From an uncultured cyanobacterium (GTDB lineage Bacteria; Cyanobacteriota; Cyanobacteriia; Cyanobacteriales; Cyanobacteriaceae), in the NCBI GenBank assembly GCA_963749915.1, contig CAVVOP010000021.1:672001-736000 (forward strand): a stretch of 64,000 bases of DNA. Reading direction: 5' to 3'. Made by a program: the position numbers and the translations under genes. Below, in pieces: positions 19,905-31,473 of this stretch; the first letter of the stretch is position 1; each line of letters opens with the position of its first letter. The notes under the pieces are model-generated. The model made no database searches, was not told the origin of the DNA, and was given only the letters and a program-made list of their open reading frames with translations.

Positions 19905-22694
19905 ATGCCATTATCTCCAAAAGCCATTCCTCAATTAATTATTCAAGAAGTCGATATTCGTGATGGTATTGAAAATAATATTACTCAAACCATTAACCAA
20001 AATATCACTGTTTATGTGTTAAAATCCCCGTCTATTCCCGATATTAAGGGTGTTCAGGGATTTATTCAAACAGATACTGGCGATAATAATGAAGTTACTC
20101 AGGATATTACTCAAACAATGGGTAATTTTCCTTTATTTTCTAATTATTATAGTCTGGCTAGTTCTGATCCTATTGACACTCGAAATATTAGTTTAGACTT
20201 TCAAGAATTTATTAATAATGATGATATTTTAAGAACTCTTCAGTTTGAAAATCAGCGAGTATTTATCGAAGGAGATGAGGATGATGTTGATCTTTTTTCT
20301 GAGCAAATAATTTATGATCTTTCTTGGTATGAAAAATTGATTTCTGACCCAGATTATTATCTTGATAAAAATATTGATCTGGACTCGTTTTTAAAAGATT
20401 TTGTTGGTGATTTTTTAGTAGATGGTATTCAAGTTGCTGTTCAAGATTTAGTTGTAGATGGTAATAATAATGATATTGTTCAGTCCATAAATCAAACTTT
20501 TTCTACATTTATTTTTCTTGATGATAGTTTCACTTTTGAACCTAGTGATCTCTCTAATTTAGATCCGATTCAGTTTCTTTTTCAAGAAAGTTTCGCCGAT
20601 ACAGAAAATAATAGTATCAATCAAACCGTTAATCAAAATATTAACTTTAACTTTACCTTCGCTGATCCTAATCTTAATTCTTCATTAACCCAGTCTGATG
20701 GGGTCGAAATAACCGATCCTCAGTTCGATATTGATAATTTTATCTTCCCCATTTTAGATAATACTGTACCAGATTCGGATCTGTTTGAAAATCATCAAGT
20801 TTCGGCTAATACAAGAAGTTCGCAAATTACCGATATATTGGGGAATCAAAATACGGATACAAAATCTAGTAGCCAAATTATTTTACTTACCCCAGAAGGC
20901 ACAGCAGTTTTAGATGATCCTGATGACGATATTTTTGATGATTCTTTAAGTAATCTTTTTAGCGAACTTCAAACATTAGTTTTAACGGGAAATGAAAATG
21001 AAGTTACTCAAGATAATTTAGGTGATTTATTTGAGCAAATTCTTGACAGTCAACCTTCCCAAATTTTAGTTTCCAATCCCATAGTAAATGAAGCCGAAAA
21101 TGTTGTTGAATTTACCATCGAACGTTTTGGAGATTTAAGCCGATATGTAAAAATTCAGTATATTACCGAAGATGGTTTAGCTAAGGCTGGATTTGACTAT
21201 TTACCGATTGTTGGGCAAGTTATTTTTACTCCCAATGAAGTTACAAAAACTGTTCAAGTACCTCTTCATAATAGTTCTGAAAATTCGGGGGAATTTAATT
21301 TACTAACTAAAGTTATACGAGAAAGTAATGAAGTTGTTACAGGAGAGTTTAGTCTTTACGGAGATTCAGGCAATGGAGAAATTCCCGTGTGGAGTTATGA
21401 CAAATCTCTCACCGGAGATAGTTTAACTGATGGTTATTTAGGTTTTGATGTAACTACAACTGATAATATTATCGATGTTCAACTTTTTTTAGATGGTGTT
21501 AAAAATGTCAATAGTTATTTTATTTTTAATCCGGAAATTAATCAATATCAGGAGTTTATTTATGATGGTTTAACAGGGGCAAGATTTTTTACCGATAATC
21601 TAAATGATCAAGTTGAAGGGACTATTTTAAGATTAGAAAATGGCGGGAATGGGGATCTTGATTCTTCAGAAAATATCATTGCCAATAAAGGATTTTTTGC
21701 TCGTACAACTCCTGGATTATTTAGCAACAATGGACAGACATTCTTTATTCCTACTCCTTCTGATGGATGGTTACAATCACGCTTAATTAATGCCCCTAAT
21801 AATAGTTATGAGGTGGGTTTGATTGCTGTTGATGATGTTGATGGAAAAATCGGGTCGTTAAATCCCACTGATTTGGGTTATGAAGAGGCGGCGATGGCAC
21901 GAAAAACCATATTATTCGAAAATCAAGATTCTGCCGCAACCCAAGCATTAACTCAGGAGGTGGCAAGGCAAAGTTTTACCAATCCAACAGCATTGGCAGA
22001 AGGGGAAACTACTTTTTTCGGAGATTTACAAAATTCTACGCTTCCGGGTGACGGCTACTATATGCTTTATCTGGAAAATGACGGTGAAATAAGTTTTCCT
22101 GTGGATGCACCTTTAAATATCCTCAGTGAGGGTAGAGGTTATCATCAAATCTCTTTCAATGATTTAACCCTAGAAGTTTCCACGAATACACTGGTGACAC
22201 CATCTTCATTTAATCAGCCTGTAACTGTTAACATTAGTCGTGCAGGGACTTACAATAATATGTTAGCACTTTTTTCGGTAGATACTTTCGAGGGAGGAAT
22301 CGATACCAATGGGGATAGCTTGATTGACGTCAGACCTGGCGATGGAGATTACGCAAGGATAGCCTTAGAAAGGGCAAAAGATCCTTTGAAAGGAACAACT
22401 TTAACCATGCCTGACACTTTTTTGAGTACAACTACTCAAGAAATTACCCTTGAAGAAAACAGTATCTACGGATTTGCGTTAATTCCTAATGCCACTGTTG
22501 ATGATGTGTTGAATAACAATCCTAGCAACGATTTATTCTCAGATTTTGTGGCGTTATTTTCCTTTGGGACGGCTAATCCTGATGGAATAAATCACACAAC
22601 ACGATTAGGCAGTAATTTGTTTGGTTTTGAGGATATATTGGGGGGCGGAGATCTGGATTATAATGATGTAATCTTAGAGTTTAATTTTTCTTAG
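19905..22694 (+). CDS. Large acidic surface protein: N-terminal G-x-x-N-x-x-x-Q repeats, Calx-beta, C-terminal DUF4114
   Basis: VNEAENVVEFTIERFGDLS..TEDGLAKAGFDY..FTPNEVTKTVQV (Calx-beta); FSFGTANPDG..FGFEDILGGGDLDYNDVI (DUF4114). Confidence 0.85.
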   Translation: MPLSPKAIPQLIIQEVDIRDGIENNITQTINQNITVYVLKSPSIPDIKGVQGFIQTDTGDNNEVTQDITQTMGNFPLFSNYYSLASSDPIDTRNISLDFQEFINNDDILRTLQFENQRVFIEGDEDDVDLFSEQIIYDLSWYEKLISDPDYYLDKNIDLDSFLKDFVGDFLVDGIQVAVQDLVVDGNNNDIVQSINQTFSTFIFLDDSFTFEPSDLSNLDPIQFLFQESFADTENNSINQTVNQNINFNFTFADPNLNSSLTQSDGVEITDPQFDIDNFIFPILDNTVPDSDLFENHQVSANTRSSQITDILGNQNTDTKSSSQIILLTPEGTAVLDDPDDDIFDDSLSNLFSELQTLVLTGNENEVTQDNLGDLFEQILDSQPSQILVSNPIVNEAENVVEFTIERFGDLSRYVKIQYITEDGLAKAGFDYLPIVGQVIFTPNEVTKTVQVPLHNSSENSGEFNLLTKVIRESNEVVTGEFSLYGDSGNGEIPVWSYDKSLTGDSLTDGYLGFDVTTTDNIIDVQLFLDGVKNVNSYFIFNPEINQYQEFIYDGLTGARFFTDNLNDQVEGTILRLENGGNGDLDSSENIIANKGFFARTTPGLFSNNGQTFFIPTPSDGWLQSRLINAPNNSYEVGLIAVDDVDGKIGSLNPTDLGYEEAAMARKTILFENQDSAATQALTQEVARQSFTNPTALAEGETTFFGDLQNSTLPGDGYYMLYLENDGEISFPVDAPLNILSEGRGYHQISFNDLTLEVSTNTLVTPSSFNQPVTVNISRAGTYNNMLALFSVDTFEGGIDTNGDSLIDVRPGDGDYARIALERAKDPLKGTTLTMPDTFLSTTTQEITLEENSIYGFALIPNATVDDVLNNNPSNDLFSDFVALFSFGTANPDGINHTTRLGSNLFGFEDILGGGDLDYNDVILEFNFS

Positions 22695-23031
22695 TTTTAA
22701 GTTATAAAATCAGCTCTGAGTTAAACTATTTCCCATCTAAGTTATCCGTGAAGAAAGGTAATAGGCAACAGGCAAAAAAAATAAGAGGTTTAGCCTTTTT
22801 CAACTAATTCTGAATAACTAGTTTGAATGCGTCTATTCCCCCTTGAGAGGCAATTTTTTTGGTAATTACGAATTGTTGAGTAGGGTATTCCCCCTTAAAT
22901 ATTCCTAGTTAAAATTTTATAATAAATTGTGTTAATAAATGTAATTTTGCCCTCCTGAATTAAGTCAGATGAGTTAGGTATTTATTATTCACACTTATTG
23001 TATAGAATTATATAGGATTATATAGAAGAAA

Positions 23032-25650
23032 ATGCAGCCCACAAATCCACAACAATTTACAGAAAAAGCATGGGAGGCTATCGTTAAAACTCCCGATATT
23101 GCTAAACAAAATCAACATCAACAAATTGAAAGCGAACACCTGTTAAAATCTCTTTTGGAACAAGAGGGATTAGCGGTTAATATCTTTAATAAAGCCAATA
23201 TAAGTGTACCTCGTTTACGGGATAAAGTTGATGAATTTATTAATCGTCAGGCTAAAATAAAAAACATTAGTGATTCCGTCTATTTGGGCAAAAGTTTAGA
23301 TACCCTTTTAGATAGGGCAGATAATTATAAAAAACAGTTTGGTGATGATTTTATTTCTATTGAGCATCTTATCTTAGGTTATGCACAAGATACTCGTTTT
23401 GGCAAGAATTTGTTGCAAGAATTTAACTTGGATGAAAGTAAATTAAAAACTATTATTAAAGATATTCGAGGTAGTCAAAAAGTGAGCGATCAAAACCCTG
23501 AAAATAAGTACGAATCTTTGGCCAAATATGGGCGAGATCTAACTGAATTAGCCAGGTTGGGAAAACTAGATCCTGTCATTGGTAGAGATGATGAAGTTCG
23601 CCGTACTATTCAAATTCTTTCCCGTCGTACGAAAAACAATCCCGTGTTAATTGGGGAACCAGGTGTCGGTAAAACTGCTATTGTGGAAGGGTTAGCTCAA
23701 CGTATTATTAACCGTGATGTACCAGAATCATTACTAGATCGCACCCTCATCGCTTTGGACATGGGATCATTAATTGCCGGGGCAAAATATCGAGGGGAAT
23801 TTGAGGAAAGACTAAAAGCCGTACTTAAGGAAGTTACGGAGTCTCAGGGTAATATTGTCCTTTTTATTGATGAAATTCACACCGTTGTAGGGGCCGGGGC
23901 GACTCAAGGGGCAATGGACGCAGGAAACCTTTTAAAACCCATGTTGGCACGGGGAGAATTGCGTTGTATTGGGGCGACGACCCTTGATGAGTACCGCAAG
24001 TATATCGAGAAAGATGCGGCGTTAGAGAGACGTTTTCAATCGGTGTTTGTGGGTGAGCCTAATGTTATCGATACTATATCTATTTTACGGGGTTTAAAAG
24101 AGCGTTATGAAGTTCATCACGGGGTGAAAATTGCCGATACTGCTTTAGTAGCGGCGGCAATGCTTTCTAATCGTTATATTTCTGATCGATTTTTGCCTGA
24201 CAAAGCCATCGATTTAGTAGATGAATCTGCTGCTAAATTGAAGATGGAAATAACTTCAAAACCAGAGGAATTAGACGAAGTTGATCGTAAAATTTTACAG
24301 TTGGAAATGGAACGTTTATCTCTGAAAAAAGAGGAGGATCAAGCATCTGTTGAAAGACGAGAAAAATTGGAGCAAGAATTAGCAAATTTGAGAGAACAAC
24401 AATCAGCTTTTAATGCTCAATGGCAAAGTGAAAAAGATATTATCGATCAAATTCGTAATTTACGAGAATCTTTGGAGAAAATTAACGTCGAAATTCAACA
24501 AGCGGAAAGAGATTATGACTATAATAAAGCCGCAGAGTTACGGTACGGAAAGTTAACGGATATTCAAAGACAAATTAAAGATCAAGAAGGTTTATTATCG
24601 GAAAAACAAACCAGCGGAAAATCTCTTTTACGGGAAGAAGTTGAAGAAACAGATATTGCTGAAATTATCTCCAAATGGACGGGTATTCCTATTAGTAAAT
24701 TAGTGGAATCTGAGAAGGAAAAATTATTACATCTTGAAGATCAACTTCACGAGCGAGTAATTGGACAAAATGAAGCCGTTACCGCCGTTTCTGAGGCAAT
24801 TCAACGCTCTCGTGCAGGTTTAGCCGATCCCAATCGCCCTACCGCTAGTTTTATCTTCCTAGGGCCTACGGGTGTAGGTAAAACCGAGTTAGCTAAAGCT
24901 TTAGCCGGAATACTCTTTGATACGGAGGAGGCCATCGTGCGCATAGACATGTCAGAATACATGGAAAAACATACTGTTTCCCGTTTAATGGGTGCGCCGC
25001 CGGGATATGTTGGCTATGAAGAAGGAGGACAACTCACCGAAGCCATCCGCCGAAGACCCTATTCTGTGGTGTTATTTGACGAAATCGAAAAAGCTCATCC
25101 TGATGTATTTAACGTCATGTTGCAGATTTTGGACGATGGGCGCTTAACGGATTCTCAAGGCCGCACTGTTGATTTTACTAATACTATCATCATCATGACC
25201 AGTAACATCGGTTCTCAGTATATCCTTGATTTAGCAGGGGATAACTCGAAATATGAAGAAATGCGTGGTCGGGTAATGGAGGCGATGCGCGGTAGTTTTC
25301 GCCCTGAATTTCTCAACCGTATTGACGAGATTATCATCTTCCATAGCCTCGAAAAATCCGAACTCCGAGATATTGTTAAAATCCAAGTAGCATTTTTAGA
25401 AACTCGTTTAGATGAGCAAAAATTAGCCCTCAAAATATCTGATGGTGCCCTAGATTTTCTCGCTGAAATTGGTTATGATCCTGTTTATGGTGCAAGACCT
25501 TTGAAACGGGCCATACAACGATATTTAGAAACTGCGATGGCCAAAGCTATTTTAAAAGGGGAATTCAAGGATGGTGACACAATTTTTGTGGATGTGGAAG
25601 ACGAAAGATTGAGCTTGAAACGGCTTCCTGTAGAACTTTTGAGTAAATAA
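23032..25650 (+). CDS. clpB: ATP-dependent chaperone ClpB
   Basis: Two AAA+ modules ([16 protein letters not shown]), coiled-coil middle domain, [11 protein letters not shown]. Confidence 0.97.
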   Translation: MQPTNPQQFTEKAWEAIVKTPDIAKQNQHQQIESEHLLKSLLEQEGLAVNIFNKANISVPRLRDKVDEFINRQAKIKNISDSVYLGKSLDTLLDRADNYKKQFGDDFISIEHLILGYAQDTRFGKNLLQEFNLDESKLKTIIKDIRGSQKVSDQNPENKYESLAKYGRDLTELARLGKLDPVIGRDDEVRRTIQILSRRTKNNPVLIGEPGVGKTAIVEGLAQRIINRDVPESLLDRTLIALDMGSLIAGAKYRGEFEERLKAVLKEVTESQGNIVLFIDEIHTVVGAGATQGAMDAGNLLKPMLARGELRCIGATTLDEYRKYIEKDAALERRFQSVFVGEPNVIDTISILRGLKERYEVHHGVKIADTALVAAAMLSNRYISDRFLPDKAIDLVDESAAKLKMEITSKPEELDEVDRKILQLEMERLSLKKEEDQASVERREKLEQELANLREQQSAFNAQWQSEKDIIDQIRNLRESLEKINVEIQQAERDYDYNKAAELRYGKLTDIQRQIKDQEGLLSEKQTSGKSLLREEVEETDIAEIISKWTGIPISKLVESEKEKLLHLEDQLHERVIGQNEAVTAVSEAIQRSRAGLADPNRPTASFIFLGPTGVGKTELAKALAGILFDTEEAIVRIDMSEYMEKHTVSRLMGAPPGYVGYEEGGQLTEAIRRRPYSVVLFDEIEKAHPDVFNVMLQILDDGRLTDSQGRTVDFTNTIIIMTSNIGSQYILDLAGDNSKYEEMRGRVMEAMRGSFRPEFLNRIDEIIIFHSLEKSELRDIVKIQVAFLETRLDEQKLALKISDGALDFLAEIGYDPVYGARPLKRAIQRYLETAMAKAILKGEFKDGDTIFVDVEDERLSLKRLPVELLSK

Positions 25651-25698
25651 GAAGAGAGTGGGTATTGTCGAGTTTTCTCGATGATTGCCCACCTCGAA

Positions 25699-27312
25699 TT
25701 ATGTTTTTGTTTTTTCGTTGTCAATGGTTTTGAGATGTTTGCTCAAAGTTTCTTCTGTTAACGCTGTTTTTAGATGTTGCCAGGGCAAAATTTCTCCTAT
25801 TTGCCAATTTTCATGGACATAATAGTCTAAACTTGGTATTTCTCCTTTTAACTCTTTAAATGCCCGTTTATAACTGCCCAGGCTATCCCCATAATTACGG
25901 GTTAATTCTAACAACTTACTCAAACGGCGATCGCCACGGGAAATAAGAGCTTGAATAACTGACCAATTATAGCTTTCAGGACGAAAATTAACGTCTATTT
26001 TCCGCAAATTTTTCTCTAAATATTGCAATCTTTTTTTGCTGTGAGGGTTAACTCCAAACCATTGAAAGGGAGTATGAGATTTTGGGACAAAAGTACTGCA
26101 TCCGAGGGTTACTTTCAATTTCGGGGCGGCTTTTTTTACCTGTGCCATCATATCAATGGTAGCATCAATATCTTCTAAATCTTCTTGGGGTAAGCCTACC
26201 ATGCCATAAAATTTTATCGCCTTTAAACCCCCAGCTTGGGCATTGATAGCCGCTTCGATTATTTCATCATTTTCGAGCTTTTTATTGATTAATCGCCTAA
26301 TTTTAGCAGAGCCGCTTTCAATAGCTATGGTTATGGAGCGAGTATCCCGTTTTTTGAGAAATTCCGCCAATTTTGCCGTGACAGTATTAGTTCTTACGGA
26401 GGCGAGACTAACCCGTATATTATCGAATTTTGATTGAGATAAATAGTCGATTAAAGAGTCAAATTCAGGGTGTTGAGTGACGGATGCGCCCAATAAACCC
26501 AGGCGATTAGTAACTTTTAAGCCTCTTTCAATGGCAGGAATTAAAGAAGCCTCTAAACTAGCCGTGCGAAAGGGTAAAGTGAGATAACTAGCCAAACAAA
26601 AACGGCACATTTCCGGGCAACTTCTCACCACTTCCACCATATAGATGTTTTCCCAGGCAGCTTTTTCTGTAACTACCATTGAGGCAGATAAAACATTCCC
26701 CCTATAAGTTTGTTTTTCTACTCTGTCAGGAGTGGGATCATTAATAGGTTTAATATTGTTAATTTTGCCATCTTTTTCTTGATAGTTAATTTCGTATAAA
26801 CTAGGGATATAAATGCCTTTTGTTTGAGATAAATTATTTAATTTTGTTAGGCGATCATTTTGCCTAACTCGTTGGTAACTATCGATAAAAGTGCCGATTA
26901 AATTTTCCCCATCACCTAGTAAAATAACATCAAAAAAATCGGCAAAAGGTTCGGGATTAGCCGTAAAAACAGGACCGCCGCCAAAAATTAACGGATGATT
27001 TTCATTTCTATCTTTAGCATAAATAGGAACTTTTAAAAACTCTAGTAAATTGAGAATATTAGTATAATCTAATTCCCAAGAAAAAGAAAAACCTACCAAT
27101 TCGGGATCTCGTGGTAGACTTTCATGGATATCTGTAAATAAACGACTAACTACCACATCCTTTCTTAAGGAAAAATTAGCCCATACTAATTGATAACCTA
27201 AGCTAGTGATACCCACAGTATATTCATTAGGAAAAGCAAAAATTAAAGGGATGGGATTAAGGTTTTTTCGTACGGGGGTAAATAGTAATTTTTCTTGAGC
27301 AAAAAGATTCAT
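25699..27312 (-). CDS. B12-binding-like radical SAM protein
   Basis: RSCPEMCRFC CxxxCxxC; GGGPVFTANPEP. Confidence 0.9.
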   Translation of the reverse strand: MNLFAQEKLLFTPVRKNLNPIPLIFAFPNEYTVGITSLGYQLVWANFSLRKDVVVSRLFTDIHESLPRDPELVGFSFSWELDYTNILNLLEFLKVPIYAKDRNENHPLIFGGGPVFTANPEPFADFFDVILLGDGENLIGTFIDSYQRVRQNDRLTKLNNLSQTKGIYIPSLYEINYQEKDGKINNIKPINDPTPDRVEKQTYRGNVLSASMVVTEKAAWENIYMVEVVRSCPEMCRFCLASYLTLPFRTASLEASLIPAIERGLKVTNRLGLLGASVTQHPEFDSLIDYLSQSKFDNIRVSLASVRTNTVTAKLAEFLKKRDTRSITIAIESGSAKIRRLINKKLENDEIIEAAINAQAGGLKAIKFYGMVGLPQEDLEDIDATIDMMAQVKKAAPKLKVTLGCSTFVPKSHTPFQWFGVNPHSKKRLQYLEKNLRKIDVNFRPESYNWSVIQALISRGDRRLSKLLELTRNYGDSLGSYKRAFKELKGEIPSLDYYVHENWQIGEILPWQHLKTALTEETLSKHLKTIDNEKTKT

Positions 27313-27599
27313 ATAAATAATAAAAAGTCTATGTGTTAAGAAAACTTTTAATCATCTTAACAAAATTAAGCAACCTAAAGATCTATCCCAAAGCTAATTC
27401 AATAGAGTGGGAATTTTTGCCTTTTTCGAAGTTATTGGAGTCTATTCAGATTCCGATTTGTCACTTAAACAAGGACGAAAATAGAGATAAAATAAAGTAC
27501 CAATTAAAGGGGTAAAAGTTATTAAAAAATCTAAACTCATAACGCGAATAAATTTACAGGTAGAGATTTTTTCCAGAAAATTACCCTTACTGATTTTTA

Positions 27600-27615
27600 A
27601 GATGCGTTTGCCCTG
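27600..27615. mobile_element. Isolated IS4-like terminal repeat
   Basis: agatgcgtttgccctg, identical to MITE end at 14974-14989. Confidence 0.55.
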
Positions 27616-28184
27616 ACTGGATGGATGCTCTAGCTCCCAAGAGGAGAATATGCTAACTTTTCAGTCATGATGATTTGTCAAGGGGGTAACAGAAATTTTT
27701 TCTTGGGGATTAGGAATTAGGGATTGGGTGAGATGGAGATATTCCCGCTTCGAAGGTCTCTGTGAGCTTTGGCTAGCCTTCCGGGGGGCATGAATGTCTC
27801 AACCGCTTAGGAATTAACAGCCAAAAAACAGCAGCCTCTTTCCCCTATTTTCTATTTCTTTAAGAGAAAAAAGTTTTTGCCAAGTGAGAATCTCTCCCTC
27901 ATGTAATCATTTATAATCACATAATACCCCAAGAAGGGATATAATTCATATTTTAATCAACGAGCTAGTCACTTCCTCTCGAAGGCTATCTGCACTAGCT
28001 AGAGAAGATAGATTGAATAATCCGCAACTCTCAGTCATTCGTGGTCACAGCCATGGCGGTGCCACCTTTTTCTCATTCGGAGTGGATTTGGCTGCACCGC
28101 CAACACGGACGACGTGGTCTATGGTGCATAGCTCACAGAAAAGTCAACGCGGTTACAGCATGAACGCGATGTGCAACTAAGGAA

Positions 28185-28462
28185 TTAAGTGGGAATGTAA
28201 TTTAATCGAGTTTAATGGTGAATCAGACCATGTACATTTACTAATTGATTACAAGCCCGATATATCTTGATCTAAGTTGATTGCTAATCTTAAAACTGTA
28301 AGCAGTCGTTTGATTAGAGGAGATTTTCCTGAGTTAGCTAGTAAATATTTCTACAATAAACCTTATTTCTGGACAGGGGATTATTTTGTGGCAAGTTGTG
28401 GTGGTGTCACAGTTAATCAATTAAAAAAATATGTGGAGAATCAAAAAACTCCTCAAGAATAA
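28185..28462 (+). pseudogene. tnpA: IS200/IS605 TnpA 3' fragment
   Basis: EFNGESDHVHLL, LKTVSSRLIR, FWTGDYFVASCGG..KYVENQ; 5' truncated, internal stop. Confidence 0.85.
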
Positions 28463-28728
28463 GGATAAGCTCAGACGCACCTAAGCTGCGTTTGTATAAC
28501 CCACAATCCCTTTTTATGCCTAATCCAAGGATGTAAATAGCTTGAAATCGATCTATAAATATAAAATTTTAAAAAAGTTACACAAGATACTTGACTTTTC
28601 TTTAGACCAATATTAACATGTTCTAATATATGTTAAGCATTTTTACTTAATCATTGTTACTTATTAAATTAAAGTGCCTATGGCAAATCATTAAATATAG
28701 TCAGAAATAAGACGACTTGAAATAAAAA

Positions 28729-28804
28729 GGATAGACCTCGTGCAGCAAACATTTAGTCTATCCCCTTACCTTCCTTGCTTCCGAATCAAAATAAATCAAA
28801 AACA
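28729..28804. promoter_or_regulatory. Conserved non-coding leader element, copy 1 (upstream of FAAL)
   Basis: tcgtgcagcaaacat...ctatccccttaccttccttgcttccgaatcaaaataaatcaaaaaca repeated at 49931-50014; stem ggatagac/gtctatcc. Confidence 0.6.
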
Positions 28805-29134
28805 AGTTCGAAGTGTTTTCCTACCATAGCACTTAATGCATAATTGTGTCAAATTTTTGTGGATCTTTCGCAATTGTTAGATCTTTTGCTTGGGGGTCTC
28901 ATAAATTACCCCATAGCAGGTCATAAATTTTGACTTGAGGAATTTATTGGCATAATTTGGGATTTTTTTAGATTTTGGAGCAAGACTATCTTCCATTATC
29001 GTCTCCAAATGGCGATGACATCAAGATCCCCTGCTGAAAAGGGATCTCGTTTTAATTTATTACAGGTCTTAGCTTCAATTAGCTTAAAAAATGAACTTTG
29101 TAGTACTTATAGTTGCGAGGCTCGATTCACCTAA

Positions 29135-31027
29135 GTGGTGGGGTCAAATAGCAATCAATCCTTTAATTATCTTACTCATGAAACCATGTTGACTTATTTA
29201 GAGTCTTTCCTCAAGCTATCAGGAAAGGAGCTATCCTTTGTAGATCTCTTAAACCATCGAGTACAGAATCAACCCGACCAAATAGTTTATACCTTTCTTC
29301 ATCGTGGAGAAACAGAAGCGTATAAGCTGACTTACGGGGAATTAGATTTCAAAGCACGAGCCATCGCCGCTCGGCTACAATCTTGTCAAGCTCAAGGGGA
29401 ACGAGCTTTGCTATTATATCCCCCTGGACTGGATTTCATTACCGCTTTTTTGGGCTGTTTGTACGCCTCTGTCATTGCGGTTCCTGCTTATCCCCCTAGA
29501 CCTAACCAAAAATTGACTCGATTACAGGCGATTGTCGCCGATGCACAACCAAAAGTAATTCTTACCACTAGCTCCCTGTTAGATAAGATAGAGCATCGTT
29601 TTAATCTCGATAGTACCATAGCGGTAGATCACTGGTTGGCTACGGACAATCTTAACCATGAGTTGGCATCACATTGGCAGAAACCAGTGATCAGTAGCGA
29701 TAATCTTGCCTTTCTCCAGTACACTTCTGGTTCAACGGGAAACCCTAAAGGTGTAATGGTCAGTCATGGAAATCTGTTGCACAATTCAGAGACAATTTAT
29801 CAGGCCTTTGGGCATACCCCCGAAAGTCGAGGAGTCATTTGGTTGCCACCCTATCATGACATGGGCTTAATTGGCGGTATTCTTCAGCCTCTATATGGAG
29901 GTTTTCCAGTGATCTTTATGTCACCAGTGGACTTTCTACAGAAGCCTTTGCGGTGGCTCAAGGCAATTTCTCACTATCGTGCTACTACCAGTGGCGGACC
30001 AAATTTTGCCTACGATCTTTTGATTCGCAAAGTGACTCCCGAACAGTTGGAGAGCTTGGATCTCAGTAGTTGGGAATTGGCTTTTACTGGGGCTGAACCT
30101 GTCCGTGCTGAGACACTAGAAAAGTTTGCCTGCACTTTTGCACCCTGTGGCTTCCGTAAAGAAGCATTTTTCCCTTGCTATGGAATGGCAGAAACGACTT
30201 TAATAGTTAGTGGAGGATTGAAATCGGCTACTCCTGTCATTGAGCAAGTAGAAAAAATAGCTCTTGAACAAAAGCAAATAATAGTAACCAAAGACGAAGA
30301 AGATTCTCGCAAAATTGTCGGTTGCGGTCAGAGCCTCCCAGGTCTAAATATAGTGATTGTTGATCCCCAATCTTCGACCTTAGTTCCCCATAACCAAGTA
30401 GGAGAAATTTGGATATCTGGTTCTAGTGTCACTCGGGGCTACTGGAACAAATCGGAGGAGACCCAGGAATCTTTTCATGGTTATTTAGCCGATACTAGAG
30501 AGGGTCCGTTTCTGCGTACGGGGGATTTGGGTTGCTTACAAAATGGGGAGTTATTCATCACCGGACGAATCAAAGATACAATTATCATTGGCGGTCAAAA
30601 TTATTATCCCCAGGATATTGAACTAACAGTTGAGAACAGCCATCCGGCTCTGCGTCCGAATTGTGGAGCGGCGTTTGCTGTAGACATAAAAGGTTCAGAA
30701 AGACTCGTGATCGTTCACGAAGTCAAACGTAGCTACCTGCGAAAGTTAGACGTTAAAGAGGTAGTTGACAATATCCGTCAGGCTATCACCGCAGAATACA
30801 ATTTGCGAATCTATGCCACAGTTTTGGTCAAAACTGGGAGTATCCCTAAAACATCGAGTGGCAAAATTCAGCGTCATGCCTGTAAAGCTGGATTTCTTAC
30901 GGCTAGTTTGAATGTAGTGGGAGACTGGAGCGAAAATCCCCGCCACAAAACCTCTTTTTTGCATCTTCAAGCTGAAGTTGAATCTATCTTAAAAAAGCTT
31001 GAGATGGTCCAACAATCACCCAAGTAA
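29135..31027 (+). CDS. Fatty acyl-AMP ligase (FAAL)
   Basis: AFLQYTSGSTGNPKG, WLPPYHDMGLIG, CYGMAETTL, LRTGDLG, PKTSSGKIQR; start may be ATG 29186. Confidence 0.93.
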   Translation: MVGSNSNQSFNYLTHETMLTYLESFLKLSGKELSFVDLLNHRVQNQPDQIVYTFLHRGETEAYKLTYGELDFKARAIAARLQSCQAQGERALLLYPPGLDFITAFLGCLYASVIAVPAYPPRPNQKLTRLQAIVADAQPKVILTTSSLLDKIEHRFNLDSTIAVDHWLATDNLNHELASHWQKPVISSDNLAFLQYTSGSTGNPKGVMVSHGNLLHNSETIYQAFGHTPESRGVIWLPPYHDMGLIGGILQPLYGGFPVIFMSPVDFLQKPLRWLKAISHYRATTSGGPNFAYDLLIRKVTPEQLESLDLSSWELAFTGAEPVRAETLEKFACTFAPCGFRKEAFFPCYGMAETTLIVSGGLKSATPVIEQVEKIALEQKQIIVTKDEEDSRKIVGCGQSLPGLNIVIVDPQSSTLVPHNQVGEIWISGSSVTRGYWNKSEETQESFHGYLADTREGPFLRTGDLGCLQNGELFITGRIKDTIIIGGQNYYPQDIELTVENSHPALRPNCGAAFAVDIKGSERLVIVHEVKRSYLRKLDVKEVVDNIRQAITAEYNLRIYATVLVKTGSIPKTSSGKIQRHACKAGFLTASLNVVGDWSENPRHKTSFLHLQAEVESILKKLEMVQQSPK

Positions 31028-31116
31028 ATACAAACAATAAAAGCAGTTTAGCAAAACTGTCAATATTTTTTGGTTCTAAGCCATTATTAACCATTAACTT
31101 AAATCAAGGAGTAACT

Positions 31117-31386
31117 ATGAACCTTCAGACTCTTACTGTAAAAGACAAAGAGATATCTGCTACAGAGATTCAAGATTGGATCGTCACCTATTTAGGAGAA
31201 TTACTGGAAGTAGATCCCGACGACATTGATGTCACCATTCCTTTCGATCGCTACGGTTTGGATTCTTCAGCCGCAGTCGGTTTGACGGGCGACTTGGAAG
31301 ACTGGCTAGGCAAAGAGATAGATCCGACTCTACTCTACGATTACCCAACCGTTGAGGCTTTGGTTCAACATTTAAGTCAGCATTAA
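31117..31386 (+). CDS. Acyl carrier protein
   Basis: FDRYGLDSS, LYDYPTV. Confidence 0.92.
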   Translation: MNLQTLTVKDKEISATEIQDWIVTYLGELLEVDPDDIDVTIPFDRYGLDSSAAVGLTGDLEDWLGKEIDPTLLYDYPTVEALVQHLSQH

Positions 31387-31473
31387 GCTGTCTATCATCA
31401 AATTCTCACAAAATCAATACCCTAGATGAGGTTAATAATTCTCAATTTACGATGACACTTACAGGAGAACTTT

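Noticed and set aside
27333..27515. 60-aa ORF
   Set aside because: Short, AT-rich, overlaps a promoter region and probable IS remnant; no motif
27740..28180. GC-richer intergenic patches as ncRNA or group II intron remnant
   Set aside because: No recognisable domain V or other RNA family signature by eye
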